Source of the DNA: Mytilus trossulus
Taxonomy: Eukaryota
Direction: 5' to 3'
Length of the DNA: 64,000 bases
NCBI RefSeq assembly: GCF_036588685.1
Contig: NC_086385.1
Coordinates: 558,001 to 622,000, forward strand
Both the position numbers and the translations under genes were made by a program. A model generated the notes under the pieces. The model was not told the DNA's origin, searched no databases, and was given only the letters and a program-made list of their open reading frames with translations. This document shows, in pieces, positions 1 to 14,322 of the stretch (within the stretch, counting starts at the first letter, position 1; each line of letters opens with the position of its first letter).

Positions 1-2459
1 TCAAAATTTGTCTCCAGAAAAAATAAAGTCCACTTCTAAAGATGGTGACACTTTAATGGTTATTAATTAAATCATTTTTTTCAGTGTATTATATTGTCAA
101 TATATATAGTGCTGGACTGGCATGATACATATTCTTGGTAAACATTTACAAAGAATATTTCAATCAACCTAGGCCTTTTAGATAAAGTTAATAATTGCAG
201 GGACTTTAATGAAGCAAGACTTTTAAAGTCTTTAATAAAAAATGAAATTAAAGAAAAATCAAAAAATAAAAACTTTTGATAAAAACTGTAAACTTGATTG
301 TGTCATAGAATTTTTGGTCATAATTGAGAAATAAAAAATAATGGACAATATAAAATTCCTAGAAAGGATAGAATGTGTAAACTGTGCCTATTGTAGGTCA
401 ATGAAGAACACCTAATTCCTTGTTTGTAAAATTAACAAAACAGCTTTGAAATAATCCATTTGAAAATTATTTACCTTCTAATTATAATGTCTCTAACCCA
501 AGAACAAAAAGTAAAAGAAATGCTAAAAACCTCTAAAACATGAATCATGTTTAAAATATCAAATGACAATAAAAAGATTATCATATTTTGTTGTAATGAA
601 TATTTCTAATACTTATTAATATTTTATTCAATAAAGAAATAATGAATTGTCTTAATTTTATTTAGCGTATGAGTCCTAAAGACAATCTTTATCATTTGTT
701 AAATAATATTGAATGCAGATCAGTCTATCTACAATAATAAACCATTTTGATTTTAGAAAATTAATTTTTGAGAAACACCTTGTCAATAGAAAAAGGCAGG
801 CATTGTAAATGTTTGCAGTATATTTGAAAATAATATTAAATTTATTTTTCACAACCAAAAAATAACTTAAATTGATCAAAAATTATTTAAAAGGTATATC
901 AAAACTAATAGTCAGGGGACAATTAATTTTTAATTAAGCTGTTTGTTCAACTAGTTTTATTATTTCAATTTATTTTTGAATTTCTTGTCATAATCACAGT
1001 TATCAAATTTGACAAACACATACCTGTATATTTTACCTGAGACACCTGACCTGTAAGTTATAAAATTTTAACACTTCAATGCATTCAAGATTTCCATTGA
1101 TCCTTGACTAGTTTTTGAGTAATACCTTGTGTATTAAAAAAGCAACAGGGGGTATGATGATGAACATATAGGGCCACCATGGTGAACATATTTTTTATGG
1201 CCACCATTAATAAGATAAAGTCACAGGTAGTACTGTACATGTACATAAATAATGTGGAGAGTTTAAACAAGTTAGCAGGATCTAGACCGTATAAATAATT
1301 TTTTAAAATGAATCATTTCACAAAACTACCTTTCTTACCAATGGTCTGGATTGAGGGTCCTTCATTTCATTCCTAACTAATTCTTTATATGATTTATCTC
1401 TATTTATTTTTTCCCATTTTTCTGTACTTCTTATAATTTAACAACCCAGTTTTTCTTCATTGTTACATGTATGTCTATTTTCTTTTATTTACAAATGTAT
1501 TGTGACTCATAAAGTGGCGAAAAGTATATTGTTTTGGCGAAAGAGGTGGCGAAAAAAATAATTGACCCAGGGGAAACCCTGATTGTGATCATTACATGCA
1601 TTATTCTCTATTCTTTAAACCTTTTCCTTACCCCCCTATAATATATTTGATCCCACAGAATCTTCATGAGAGAAAAACAAAACTTTTACTACCTAAACAG
1701 GAAAAGTGGTCTTGTCATAAAGTGATATTTTTCTAAATTTAAAAGCTTGTTAGGGGTCTACACAGTTATTTCGAAGAGCATTTCTTAAATATGTTAAAGA
1801 CATTAAATGCAAACTTTAAAAAATTACACCTGCACTAAGTGGGTGTCATTTTCTTTTCAATGATGGCTTCAGACATTTTTTAAGGTTTTTTAGGTGGTCC
1901 ATTCATGACCAAAAGTTACAGTATAATTTCAACTCTTTTAAAAATACTTCCTCTTTAAGGCATATTTATTAAAGGTGTATGAAAAAAATATTTCAAGATA
2001 TGTAATCAAATTTACAAAAATGATTATATAATTGATTTTCATGTGGAACGCATGGTAATGTCCACACAAGAGTCTTTATTTTGTAAATAAAGATAAAATC
2101 AAAGGATGTTTCTTCAGTGTAATAGGATAGTAGGAACTAACTGATCTTAACCAACTTTGTATGACCAGAGATTACTAAATTAAAAGCCTACGGACCAAGT
2201 TTCATGGCAATTATAAGATATATATTATAGACAAAATGTTTTTACAGACTAAATTGATGTACATGTATCTGATAAATGTAGAATGTTTAATAATTATTCA
2301 AAAGTCAAAATTATACAAATGTATAAGTACAAATGTATGTGACTTTTAGCATGTTAAGTAGGTTTTTCAATGAAAAAAAGGGGGGGGGGGGCTTGTATGA
2401 AGAGGTGATATTTTCCTGCAATTTAAAACCTCATGAATGTTTTTGTTGTATAAAAAATC

Positions 2460-2586
2460 CCAGTGGCGGATCCAGAATTTTTCATAAGAGGGGGCTCACT
2501 GACTGCCCTAAAGGGGACCCACCCAGGTCATGCTCCAGTGATTCCCAATATAATTAACCAAATTTTTCCTAGGGCTGCCTCTGAAT
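2460..2586 (+). mobile_element. Degenerate short non-autonomous DNA transposon (MITE-like) copy
   Basis: Begins CAGTGGCGGATCCAG. A reverse-complement copy lies at ~5720-5809, and related termini (CATTGGCGGATTCAG...CTGGATCTGCCCCTG) occur at 18678-18820. Confidence 0.45.
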
Positions 2587-3744
2587 CCTCCCATATGTTT
2601 AAAATGTACTTTAAATAAAAAGGAAATTACTAATTGCATAGTATATTACAATATACATGTAATAATTTAATAGTACTTTAAGTATTAAAAATACTTAGGC
2701 CAAAACACTTGAAATAATTCAGGGTCAATTTAGGCCCCTAGCACATACATTACATTTAAAAATGCATATTACAGCTGAAGTTATTAAAATTTGCTTTTTT
2801 TTGGGGGGGGGGCTGATTTCTATTGCATGTAAGAGGCATCAAGAGTCTCAAGAGGCATACATGTATATTTGAACCACTTACTATCCTACAGGCTACAGTA
2901 GAAAAGAAAAGTAACATGTGAACTACAGCAGTTACAAAAAATATTGTAAAATGTGAATATACTGAAACCTTTAATTTTATGACAGACTTTATGTACATAC
3001 AAACCTCATCACATTTTTTTTGCTCCATAAAGTTTGCAAAACAAGGGTCCTGACTATTCATACAACTCATTCAGCAAATTTATCTGTGATAATCTACTTT
3101 TCGCTAGATTTAGAGTTCAAAAATGAATAATACAAATTGATAAAACCCCTATCATGCCTATGTTGTACCAAATTATACCACTGTCCCATGGCCAGGTTAA
3201 GGGGAAGGGTTGTCACCTTCAAACATTATGTATGTGACAGAAGTGGCTCATTATGTATGTGCCTGTCCCAAGTCATGAACCTGTAATTCAGACAGTGGTT
3301 GTCTTTTGTTGTGTCACATATTTTTTTTAGTTCATCATTTTGTACATTTATATGCCTTCAGTTTTCTCATTTGAATTGTTTTTCTTTAGTCATTGAAGGG
3401 CCTCTTACATCTCACTATGCGATAACGGCTTTTGACCTGTAGCTGTTAACTTTTGTGTCATTTTGTCTTTTGCGGAGAGTTGCCTCATAAATAATCAATT
3501 ATCATACCATATCTTCCTTTTGTATTGAAACACAAATATTGACACATAAAAACCTTTTAGATAGAAAGTCAGATTGAGACTTATGGATAAAAACTAAGCA
3601 GACTGTCAGCTCACAGTTTACATATGTTGTCACAAATATGGTTTAAGCACAATAATTACCAGATGCTCCGCAGGACACAGCTTTATACAACCGCAGAGGT
3701 CAACCCTCTTTGAACAATGAACAACTTTTGTCATTTATTTTGCT

Positions 3745-4920
3745 AAAAAAAATCTCGGATGGCAGATGACCCGCAAATTTTATTTCAATTTTATAAAATA
3801 GAGACATCAAGCTTTACAGTCATGACAGTATGAAAAAATGAGCCACTTCTGTCCTTTATTTGTACTGTAAATTCAATCAAAGAGATATTATGTCTGTTTT
3901 TCCTATATGTAGCCTATTTGCACTCATTTTCAGAGGTCAAAACATCTCTTGGATGGCCGGTGACCTCCAAATTTTATTTCAATTTTATAAAATAGAGACA
4001 TCAAGCTATACAGTATGAAAAAATGAGCCACTTCTGTCATTTATTTTGCTCTGAAAATTCAATCAAAGAGATTTTATGTCTGTTTTTCCTATATTTAGCC
4101 TATTTGCACTCATTTTCAGAGGTCAAAAAATCTCTTGGATGGCCGGTGACCGCCAAATTTTATTTCAATTTTATAAAAAAGAGACATCAAGCTATACAGT
4201 ATGAAAAAATGAGCCACTTCTGTCATTTATTTTGCTTTGAAAATTCAATCAAAGAGATTTTATGTCTGTTTTTCCTATATTTAGCCTATTTGCACTCATT
4301 TTCAGAGGTATAAAAACTCTTGGATGGCCGGTGACCCCCAAATTTTATTTCAATTTTATAAAATAGAGACATTAAGCTATACAGTATGGAAAAATGAGCC
4401 ACTTCTGTCGTTTATTTTGCTCTGAAATTTCAATCAAAGAGATTTTATGTCTGTTTTTCCTACATTTAGCCTATTTGCACTCATTTTCAGAGGTCAAAAA
4501 ATCTCTTGGATGGCCGGTGACCCCCAAATTTTATTTCAATTTTATAAAATAGAGACATCAAGCTATACAGTATGAAAAAATGAGCCACTTCTGTCGTTTA
4601 TTTTGCTCTGAAAATTCAATCAAAGAGATTTTATGTCTGTTTTTCCTATATTTAGCCTATTTGCACTCATTTTCAGAGGTCAAAAAATCCCTTGGAAGGC
4701 CGGTAACCCCCAAATTTTATTTCAATTTTATAAAATAGAGACATCAAGCTATACAGTATGAAAAAATTAGCCACCTCTGTCATTTATTTTGCTCAGAAAT
4801 TTCAATCAAAGTGTATTTGTGTCCATTTTCCCTATAATTTCCTATAACCTATTTGCACTCATTTTCAGAGGTCAAAATATCTCTTAGATGGCCGGTGACC
4901 CCCAATTTTTTTTGCATTTT
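3745..4920. repeat. Tandem repeat, ~186-bp unit, ~6 copies
   Basis: AGAGACATCAAGCTATACAGTATGAAAAAATGAGCCACTTCTGTC recurs at ~3994, 4180, 4366, 4551 and 4737, with a diverged copy at ~3800. Confidence 0.95.
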
Positions 4921-6185
4921 TTCATTTATAATACTTCAAAGTTAAATTTCACAAAGTATAAGAAAATTCTGTCGATTTTTTTCTATACCCCTGAACTACC
5001 TTAAATAACAGATTATCTGAAAACAATCATAGTTTATACATTATGGGATATTCTCATGTTTAAAGGCTTTCATGTAGCCAAAAAAATCCCTATATATCTA
5101 CTCCAAATTAGTATTTTGGGATAGTTGTCTCATTAGCAATTATTCACATCTGTTAAGTTTTCCATTAGTGAAATTCAAATAAAAACATTGAATTCCAATT
5201 TTAATAAATGTGAACCTTCTGAAGTTCTCATTCTTTGACCACATAGAAATTAGTAGACAATTAAAATATATTATAATTTCATATAACAACTGTAGAAAAG
5301 TTTGAAATTATTTTCATGTGATAATATCATCTGCAAAAATTATATATTTTCAGATAACAATAGAAAGAAGAAGAGCAGGATTTCTATTTTGAGGATTTAC
5401 ATGTATGGGACAGAGGACTATTTGACTTGATTTTACTTTAATTTGGACTTTTTAACAATAATACTCTTAAATTATTTAAAATATTTTTTACATATGTTTC
5501 ATTTTAACAATATATTTATGACTATCATGACTATAATATTTATTTATCATTTAATAAACGTTTATTTCTAAACAATTTTATATTTTCAAATATACAATGT
5601 GAAACACTCGACCATTTTATATTGATGACCTGGGGTAAATGTACATGAGACAATAATGCTGTTGCAATACAAAAAAAACCCTGAGATTCATAGATGCAAA
5701 GCTAGCATATTCATAGGGCTTTAGTGGTTGATTAAATAGAGAATCACTGGAGCGGGCCCCTCTTAAGTCAGTCAGCAGCCCCCTAGAAAAAGTTCTGGAT
5801 CCGTCAATGATATCAGGCATTTACATGTATTTTATGAAAATTTTATGTCTCAAATTCTACAGTACGTAGAATTTGAGACATAAAATTTTCAGAGATATAA
5901 AAAAAGTCAACTTGATGATTTATTAGGTGTGAAGGACTGAAACAGAATCGTTCACTTCTCCTAGACATAGTGAGGTAAATGTATCATTGAGGTCTCTCAA
6001 ATGGCCTATCATGACTTGACTTTTCACTGTTTTTCTGAAGTGTGTAAATAAATCATTTTAAGTAGTCTCTCTTTTTTCATACATGTTTGATGAAAAGTCT
6101 AAACTAATATTCAAATTAGAAAAAAGAAAACTGAGCAACTAGAACCCACAACATACAATTGATATCAGGTGTTCCGGAAGAGTAA

Positions 6186-6406
6186 GGGACGACATCAAAA
6201 GATCAATGTAAGATAAAAAACTTAATTCAAATAGTTAGGGGGTGGGGGTTGAACTGCTGCAAGATTTGGTTATCCTACATTGATTTTTACATATATCCAT
6301 ATGGGTCAATAAAGTTTTCCCAAATTAAGTTAAGAGGGGGTAGGGGGTCAGTGAAAAAACTGTGAATTAAGTCTTTTATCCTTCATTGAACTTTTGGTGC
6401 CGCCCC
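6186..6406. mobile_element. Tourist/PIF-Harbinger-like MITE
   Basis: Imperfect ~45-bp TIRs (GGGACGACATCAAAAGATCAATG... / ...CATTGAACTTTTGGTGCCGCCCC) flanked by TAA at 6183-6185 and 6407-6409. It splits a minus-strand fragment of the PLE 3'-end repeat. Confidence 0.8.
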
Positions 6407-8444
6407 TAAGTAGATCCTGCTCCTAGTGTAATATTAGAAATGAGATGTGCCGTTTTCCTATATGTAAAAACATGCCCCAGGGCCCAGACTCACTCAAATA
6501 TGAATGGTTAGTGTACACCAGGTTGCTTGATATGCATGATAAGGACAGGACAGACATTTATAAACATGTCACTTTGTGTAATTGTCAACTTCCAGCTTGC
6601 TTAGTATTTTTTATATAAACAACAAGAACAAAGACTAAAAATCAAGTGAATATTATTGAAGCATCAGATTAAAATTTGTTAATTGGTACTTTTAAAATTG
6701 ACAAGTTGATTTCAGATTAATATTTGCCATAATATTTACTATAAATCAAAGAATGAGATTTGACTGTAACCATTACCCTAAAATAATAGCTTAAAACAAA
6801 GATTAATTGAGTGCTTACACTTTGCACTTGTGTAGGATTTTTATCCAGACAATAACTTTTGACTTGTCCCTTACTGAACTTTTTGAAAAGTTGGGGGAAA
6901 AGGGGGGGGGGGGTACTTCCAGACAACTGAAGTCATTAATATGGAAAAATTAGTTCATAGATTAAACCAGTTTCAATGTACTACATACATCTGTTACACA
7001 CTGCAGCATAATTAAATAACTACAGAAAACGTAATACGAGGAGTTTTGGCAACATGCAAAACATCAACAAATGACGGTGTAAAGCCTTCAACCCCTCATC
7101 ATTTTTAAGTAAAATATATTAAATCCTGGTAACATCATCATCCTTTATTGTCTCAATCAATTTCGTGGTTGAAAATGTGAAATATGACATAATTTGCTTT
7201 ACTTTGCGACGAAATAACTCCAAAAACCTCTGAAAAATGTTGAATTTCGACCTCCGGTTGAAGTATTTAATATGTAAACAAGAGGCAGAGTGACGGGGAA
7301 TCCTATACATAGTCATGTGCCCATTTGTTTCTGGGTCACATTTATTTATATCTCGACCAATGAAAAGCTTTAGGATGCATTTGTGTCAGTTCCTAGCAAA
7401 CAGGGGGATTTTCTGGAAATCCGCGGAGGACGTCTTTTGATTTATCATATTTCAGTAACGCAGCACTTATTTAAATACCTATTTTGGCAGTCGTGTGACA
7501 AAATCTATTCTAATGAAAAATTAACCTCAAACACTGATGGATGTTAAGTTGTTTTAATAAATTTATTGCCTGAAGCACAGGCTATGTTTTTGTTTACACG
7601 CTGGTTACAGCGCCACCTCGAAATTTTTATATTATCTCCCCTTTCCCGCGGGACCACCGGAAGGAGCTCTTCAATGTCACTGGCTTTCCCACTGATAGGA
7701 GTTTAATTTAATCAAAACAAAACGGTATATGCATATTCATTTTCGTTCATTCTTATATTGTGGTTAATAACTACGACCATTTGTCAGCTGTGCGCTTTTA
7801 ATTACGTATATTGTCGATAAACTATAAGAGTTAAACAGATTTTATTTTTTCCCAGAATTCAACAAATCGGGCTAATACGTCACGACCCACTCGAGAATTC
7901 AACCAAAAAAGTTACAAATACTTGATTTTCTCCGTTATTAGAAGGAATATAAATTTAACATGTTTAAAACTTTGCAAATGTGTGTTTTATGTTAAGATGA
8001 ACATAATTAGATGATAAGTAAAAAATCGCGGAATTTCCCTTTAACTGACATGCCAGCTCCAGACTTCAATTAAACTGACTGAAAGATTATTGATTTCATC
8101 ATATGAAGATCAGGCACAATCCTTCCCGTTAGGGGTTTAATATTATACTATCATAACATATGAGAAGAACATAACCCGTGTCATGCCAACAACTGTTTTT
8201 AGAATAAATGTGTTTAGTTCCGACGCAAATACCTTATCAGTGACTCAATATTAACTCCAAAATATGCAATCTTTAATGACTTGACAACAGTCTCGTAATT
8301 ATATCCCTTCTTAATAAGTCTATTCAAATGTTTTGTAAGTTTCTGAGGTGAATACTGACACCTTTGTGCTTTATAAAGAATATTTCCATAAAAAATTGGA
8401 TGTGAAATACCTGAACGTATAAGAAGTCTGCATGTTGAGCTATA

Positions 8445-8865
8445 TTTATATTAATATTAACCTCCTCTGAACTAGACAGACATACACATAAAGACGAGAA
8501 CATGTTAATTTGATATGAATATGAACCTGCTCTGAACAAGACTGACATACACATCAGAACGAGAACATGTTAATTTGATATTGATATTAACCTGCTCTGA
8601 ACTAGACCGACATACACATAAGGACGAGAACATGTTAATTTGATATTGATATTAACCTGCTCTGAACTAGACCGACATACACATAAAGACGAGAACATGT
8701 TAATTTGATATGAATATGAACCTGCTCTGAACAAGACTGACATACACATCAGAACGAGAACATGTTAATTTGATATTGATATTAACCTGCTCTGAACTAG
8801 ACCGACATACACATAAGGACGAGAACATGTTAATTTGATATTAATATTAACCTGCTCTGAACTAT
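8445..8865. repeat. 65-bp minisatellite downstream of DUF229 copy A
   Basis: GAGAACATGTTAATTTGATAT...AACCTGCTCTGAACTAGAC...CATACACAT recurs every 65 bp. The same family occurs at 53165-54783. Confidence 0.95.
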
Positions 8866-8921
8866 TCAAATAAATGCAATGACTACAATTTATGATAGTT
8901 ATTAGTTTTTTATGGGTTTTT

Positions 8922-10505
8922 TTATAAGCGGAAATTACATGCACACCACTTAGACGGAATATGAGCATCTTGACATGATCTATTCCTCGGAATTTCCTTG
9001 AAAAGGGAGATGCCTTTTTGACGATAGGTTTTTATTCCATGGTTATTGTTGTCAAGATCAAGAAGATGCAATAGAGTAGAATGAGTGTCAAAATGTGACG
9101 TAAGTCTTCTTGCATTTGTTCTTAAATTCTTAAAATAGCTACAATATTTTGTTTTGAACCAAGGCGGAACATACATGAACATCATTGGAAGTCTCTCCTC
9201 TAATTGGCCAATAAAGGTAGGTCTAACTTTACCAGATCTTATACCGTGATCCCCGAACAGTGCGAGGAATGTGTTGTTCAGTAAACTGTTTTTGTGTAGT
9301 CTTTGAAGTGTCTTAGAAATTAGTCTGTCAATAGTTACAGCACGGGTTAGACTATCATGAGTCATATGTATATGCTTCGACAATGAGAAATACGGATTGT
9401 CTTTTAAGCTTGACACTATATTAAACATTCTTTCGTTGACGGATTCAGATGACGATTTTCCATGATAGCACAATCTCGTTAATTTTCGGTTACCCTTTTC
9501 ATTTGCGTCATGAAAAGGTTGATCATAATAATCTGTTGGTTGGTATTTGAAGCCAAATATTTGATATTTATAAGAGTAAAATGTGCATACTGCATCCTGT
9601 CCATAATGAGTTGCATAGCCTAATTTTGAAAACTCTTTCCAAATAAATGGACATTTATCAACTCCTTCTGAATCTTTAAAGCACGAGGAGTTTTCTATAA
9701 AATCCCCAGTCAATAAGGCTGCCATATTTGGTCTAGTATTTTTAGCGACTTTGTTATATCCAAGTAGTTCAGTTGCATCTAATGTTTCCAACAAATATTT
9801 TCTAGTCTTGCGTAAGTATCGAACAGAATTAATTCTTGAAGTCGACTCTATCATTATAAGTAACACATTGAGACGGGTTTCTCCATGATTATTCGTATTC
9901 GGTATATTTTTCATTTGTACGACATCATTTCGTGGATTAGATGCTTTCATGTTTGGATTTTTTTTTACAAATACGGTATGGAAGTTTTTAGCTATCACTT
10001 TGTTAAAGGCATCATAACATTGAACTTTTATAAATTCGTCTGCGACCCGTACAGATTTATTGAAATGTCCACTAACCTTACCGAGTTTGAACGAATTACT
10101 AATGTAATATATAGGTTCATATGAACAATATTCGACTTGGTTTCGACTTTTCGTGAAATTGATATAAAGATTATTATTATCAACATATGTAAACACATGA
10201 CTGTTATCGCATACTGATATTTGTGGATCATAAGGTAAAAATTCTTTTATAAATTTATCGAACGGATTTACTCTCGGTATTTTACATACCTCTGATTCCA
10301 CAAGAAAATCGGTGTTGTTGTTGAATTTAGATAACACTTCAAGATTACAACGAGACACGTATTCTTTTTCCCGAAAAGTGTATTCCTTTTTTGTGTTTAT
10401 TCTTAACGTTGTACCAATAATGCACGCAATGCACACAAAAACACATACACACAAATAAAGAAAAGATTTCTTTCGAACTATACCGAACATACGTTTCGAA
10501 TTCAT
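8922..10505 (-). CDS. DUF229 family protein (alkaline phosphatase/sulfatase superfamily), intact copy A, 527 aa, single coding exon
   Basis: N-terminal basic plus hydrophobic anchor. Motifs NVLLIMIESTSR, LLGYNKVAKNTRPN, CPFIWKEF..GY.T, THD, LFGDHG, LEERLP, LTSHFDTHSTL, GISLF and RSCQDAHIP..WCAC are typical of DUF229. Confidence 0.9.
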   Translation of the reverse strand: MNSKRMFGIVRKKSFLYLCVCVFVCIACIIGTTLRINTKKEYTFREKEYVSRCNLEVLSKFNNNTDFLVESEVCKIPRVNPFDKFIKEFLPYDPQISVCDNSHVFTYVDNNNLYINFTKSRNQVEYCSYEPIYYISNSFKLGKVSGHFNKSVRVADEFIKVQCYDAFNKVIAKNFHTVFVKKNPNMKASNPRNDVVQMKNIPNTNNHGETRLNVLLIMIESTSRINSVRYLRKTRKYLLETLDATELLGYNKVAKNTRPNMAALLTGDFIENSSCFKDSEGVDKCPFIWKEFSKLGYATHYGQDAVCTFYSYKYQIFGFKYQPTDYYDQPFHDANEKGNRKLTRLCYHGKSSSESVNERMFNIVSSLKDNPYFSLSKHIHMTHDSLTRAVTIDRLISKTLQRLHKNSLLNNTFLALFGDHGIRSGKVRPTFIGQLEERLPMMFMYVPPWFKTKYCSYFKNLRTNARRLTSHFDTHSTLLHLLDLDNNNHGIKTYRQKGISLFKEIPRNRSCQDAHIPSKWCACNFRL

Positions 10506-12000
10506 CGTAACATGTATGGTATGTTTTTAGAACTAAACAATAAACATATTAATATGTTATTGGTTAAGTGACTAACGAATAGATTTTGTTCAACTTTGCT
10601 ATATTTTAAATACTATGAATAATATTGATCGTCATAAAATCTTGTTTATTCGCGTCAAACAAAGTTCAAATTAAAAAAATACATAAAAATACTAAAAGGT
10701 GAAAATTAGGTAGCAATAAGTGAAATGTAGCAGGTTGCCTTTAAATGCTGTGATTTTAGCATTTCTTAATAATAACCGGAAATCTGTTTTAAGTTTTTAC
10801 CTCTCAAACAATTAAGTGTAAGAAATGTGTTTTCGTATGATTTAAATAAAACTTTGCTTTATTATCAATATGAAAAAGAAATATTTGATAAATATTTAAT
10901 TAGTTCAATGCAAATTACTTAGAAGCCAATAACTGAACACTTTATTGCATTTAGAACCTAACCACTATTAAACGGACAGCCCTTGCACTTACACCTATCA
11001 TCAAGATGCTTTTGAAGGTTAATTATCAAATAAAAATTTGCACGGTTGACCATTCGTTTTCATCGAAGTATGAACTGGTATTTAACGTTCAGAAGACAAA
11101 ACTGAGTCTATATCAGGGTTAGAACATTGAAGATGTGATAGTAATATGCATCTACTAAGACCGAAAGGATGAGTCGTATTCAATAGGTGTAAATGTACAA
11201 GATATCAATCTACAAGAGAGACATCTTACCAAGACACACGGACTCAGAACTGATCGGTCTCTGTTTTTGTCCTAAATGCCGCGTCTTAAACAAAATAGGT
11301 GCATTTACCAGTTTATTAAACAAGAAATTAGAAATCTCCTCAATATTGACAAATCGTGCATGTATCGTGAACGTGAAAAAGGAGTTCAAATAGGTTTCCT
11401 ATTCATGCTTAAACAAAATTGTTATGCACTGGATGCTTCTGGAATAGCCATGGTTACATGCATTGGCTCTCGAACTTAGAGTTTCAAGGCCAATACAACT
11501 AATCTCGAATCTATACCAGTGTAAATACAGAAACCGCCAGTTTATAACGCTAAAATCCAAATCTTTGATTTTTCGATAAACTTTTAATCTATATCAGTGC
11601 TAACACAGAAACAGCCAGTTTATAAAGCTATAATCCAAATCTTTAATTGTTTGATAAACTTTTAATTGATACCAGTGTTAATACAGAAACAGCCAGTTTA
11701 TAACGCTATAATCCAAATCTTTGATTGTTCGATAAACATTTAATCTATACCAGTGCTAATACAGAAACCGCCAGTTTATAATGCTATAATCAAAATCTTT
11801 GATTGTTCGATAACTTTTAATCTATACCAGTGCTAATACAGAAACAGCCAGTTTATAACGCTATAATCAAACTCTTTGATTGTTTGATAAACTTTTAATC
11901 TATACCAGTGTTAATACAGAAACAGCCAGTTTATAACGCTTTAATCCAAATCTTTGATTGTTCGATCAACTTTTAATCTATACCAGTGCTAATACAGTAA

Positions 12001-12541
12001 AAGTTATCAAAGGTACCAGGATTATAATTTAGAACGCCAGACGCGCGTTTCGTCTACATAAGACTCATCAGTGACGCTCATATCAAAATATTTATAAAGC
12101 CAAACAAATAAAAAGTTGAAGAGCATTGAGGATCCAAAACTCCAAAAAGTTGTGCCAAATACGGCTAAGATAATCTATGCCTGGGGTAAGAAAATCCTTA
12201 GTTTTTCGAAAAATTTAAAGTTTTGTAAACAGGAAATTTATAAAAATGACCACATTATTGATGAACACCGAAATCATGACTACTGGGCTGGTGATACCAT
12301 CGGGGACGAAACGTCCACCAGCAGTGGCATCGACCCAGTGGTGTTAATAGTTATCAAAGTTACCAGGATTATGATTTAGTACGCCAGACGAGCGTTTCGT
12401 CTACATAAGACTCATCAGTGACGCTCATAACAAAATATTTATAAAGCCAAACAAGTACAAAGTTGAAGAGCATTGAGGATTCAAAATTTCAAAAAAGTTG
12501 TCGAAAATACGGCTAAGGTAATCTATGCCTGGGATAAGAAA
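12001..12541 (-). mobile_element. Non-LTR retrozyme, ~1.5 units
   Basis: Reverse complement of the 356-bp unit at 31356-32827. Hammerhead motifs lie at 12034-12077 and 12381-12424. Confidence 0.9.
12034..12077 (-). ncRNA. Minimal type I hammerhead ribozyme, intact core
   Basis: Reads GCGUCA-CUGAUGA-GUCU(UAUGU)AGAC-GAAA-CGCGCG-UC^-UGGCGU: stem I, core, stem II, GAAA, palindromic mini stem III and a GUC cleavage triplet. Confidence 0.9.
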
Positions 12542-13487
12542 ATTGATATTAACAGCCAGTTTATAACGCTATAATCCAAATCATTGATTGTTCGATATTT
12601 TTTAATCTATACCAGTGTTAATACAGAAACAGCCAGTTTATAACGCTATAATCCAAATCTTCAATTGTTCGATACACTTTTAATCTATACCAGTGCTAAG
12701 ACAGAAACAGCCAGTTTATACCGCTATAATTCAAATCTTTGATTGTTCGATAAACATTTAATCTATACCAGTGTTAATACAGAAACAGCCAGTTTATAAC
12801 GCTATAATCAAACTCTTTGATTGTTCGATAAACATTTAATCTATACCAGTGCTATTACAGAAACAGCCAGTTTATAACGCTATAATCAAAATCTTTGATT
12901 GTTCGATAAACATTTAATTTATACCAGTGTTAATACAGAAACAGACAGTTTATAACGCTATGATTCAAATCTTTAATTGTTCGATACACTTTTAATCTAT
13001 ACCAGTGCTAACACAGAAACAGCCAGTTTATTACGCTATAACTCAAATCTTTGATTGTTCGATAAACATTTAATCTGTACCAGTGTTAATACAGAAACAG
13101 CCAGTTTATAACGCTAAAATCCAAATCTTTAACTGTTCGATACACTTTTAATCTATACCAGTGCTAACACAGAAACAGCCAGTTTATACCGCTATAATCA
13201 AAATCTTTGATTGTTCGATAAACATTTAATCTATACCAGTGTTAATACAGAAACAGCCAGTTTATAACGCTATAATCAAACTCTTTGATTGTTCGATAAA
13301 CATTTAATCTATACCAGTGCTATTACAGAAACAGCTAGTTTATAACGCTATAATCAAAATCTTTGATTGTTCGATAAACATTTAATCTATACCAGTGCTA
13401 ATACAGAAACAGCCAGTTTATAACGCTATAATCCAAATCTTTAGTTGTTTGATAAACTTTTAATCTCTACCAATGCTAATACACTTA

Positions 13488-13888
13488 AAGTTATCAAAGG
13501 TACCAGGATTATAATTAAGAACGCCAGACGCGCGTTTCGTCTACATAAGACTCATCAGTGACGCTCATATCAAAATATTTATTAAGCCAAACAAGTAAAA
13601 AGTTGAAGAGCATTGAGGATCCAACACTCCAAAAAGCTGTGCCAAATACGGCTAAGGTAATCTATGCCTGGGATAAGAAAATCCTTAGTTTTATGAAAAA
13701 TTTAAAGTTTTGTAAACAGGAAATTTAAAAAAAAATGACCACATTATTGATATTCATATTAACACCGAAATAATGACTACTGGGCTGGTGATACCATCGG
13801 GGACGAAACGTCCACCAGCAGTAGCATCAACCCAGTGGTGTTAATAGTTATCAAAGGTACCAGGATTAAAATTTAGAACGCCAGACGC
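13488..13888 (-). mobile_element. Non-LTR retrozyme, one unit plus ~45 bp
   Basis: Same family. Intact hammerhead at 13521-13564; the 5' end lies within a few nt of the next hammerhead cleavage site. Confidence 0.9.
13521..13564 (-). ncRNA. Minimal type I hammerhead ribozyme, intact core
   Basis: Identical 44-nt motif to 12034-12077. Confidence 0.9.
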
Positions 13889-14322
13889 CATAAACTTTTA
13901 ATTTATACCAGTGCTTATACAGAAACAGCCAGTTTATAACGTTATAATCGAAATATTTGACTGTTCGATAACTTTTAATCTATACCAGTGCTAATACAGA
14001 AACAGCCAGTTTATAACGCTATAATCCAAATCCTTAACTGTTTGATAAACTTTTAATCTTTACCTGTGCTATTACAGAAACAGCCAGTTTATAACGCTAT
14101 AATCCAAATCTTAGATTGTTCGATAAACATTTAATCTATACCAATGATATTACAGAAACAGCCAGTTTATAACGCTATAATTAAACTCTTTAGTTGTTCG
14201 ATAAACATTTAATCTATATCAGTGCTAACACAGAAACAGCCGATTAATAATTTTAAAAGCTATAATCCAAATCTTTGATTGTTCGATAAACTTTTAATCT
14301 TTACCAGTGCTAATACAGAAAC

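Noticed and set aside
1-3700. Short ORFs in AT-rich sequence
   Set aside because: They show no coding signature or motifs. Small spliced exons cannot be excluded by eye.
4023-4313. 96-aa ORF with internal repeat
   Set aside because: It is a translation of the 186-bp tandem repeat.
11193-11479. Small ORFs conserved with 34949-35235
   Set aside because: The conservation is explained by the recent segmental duplication, and no domain is recognisable.
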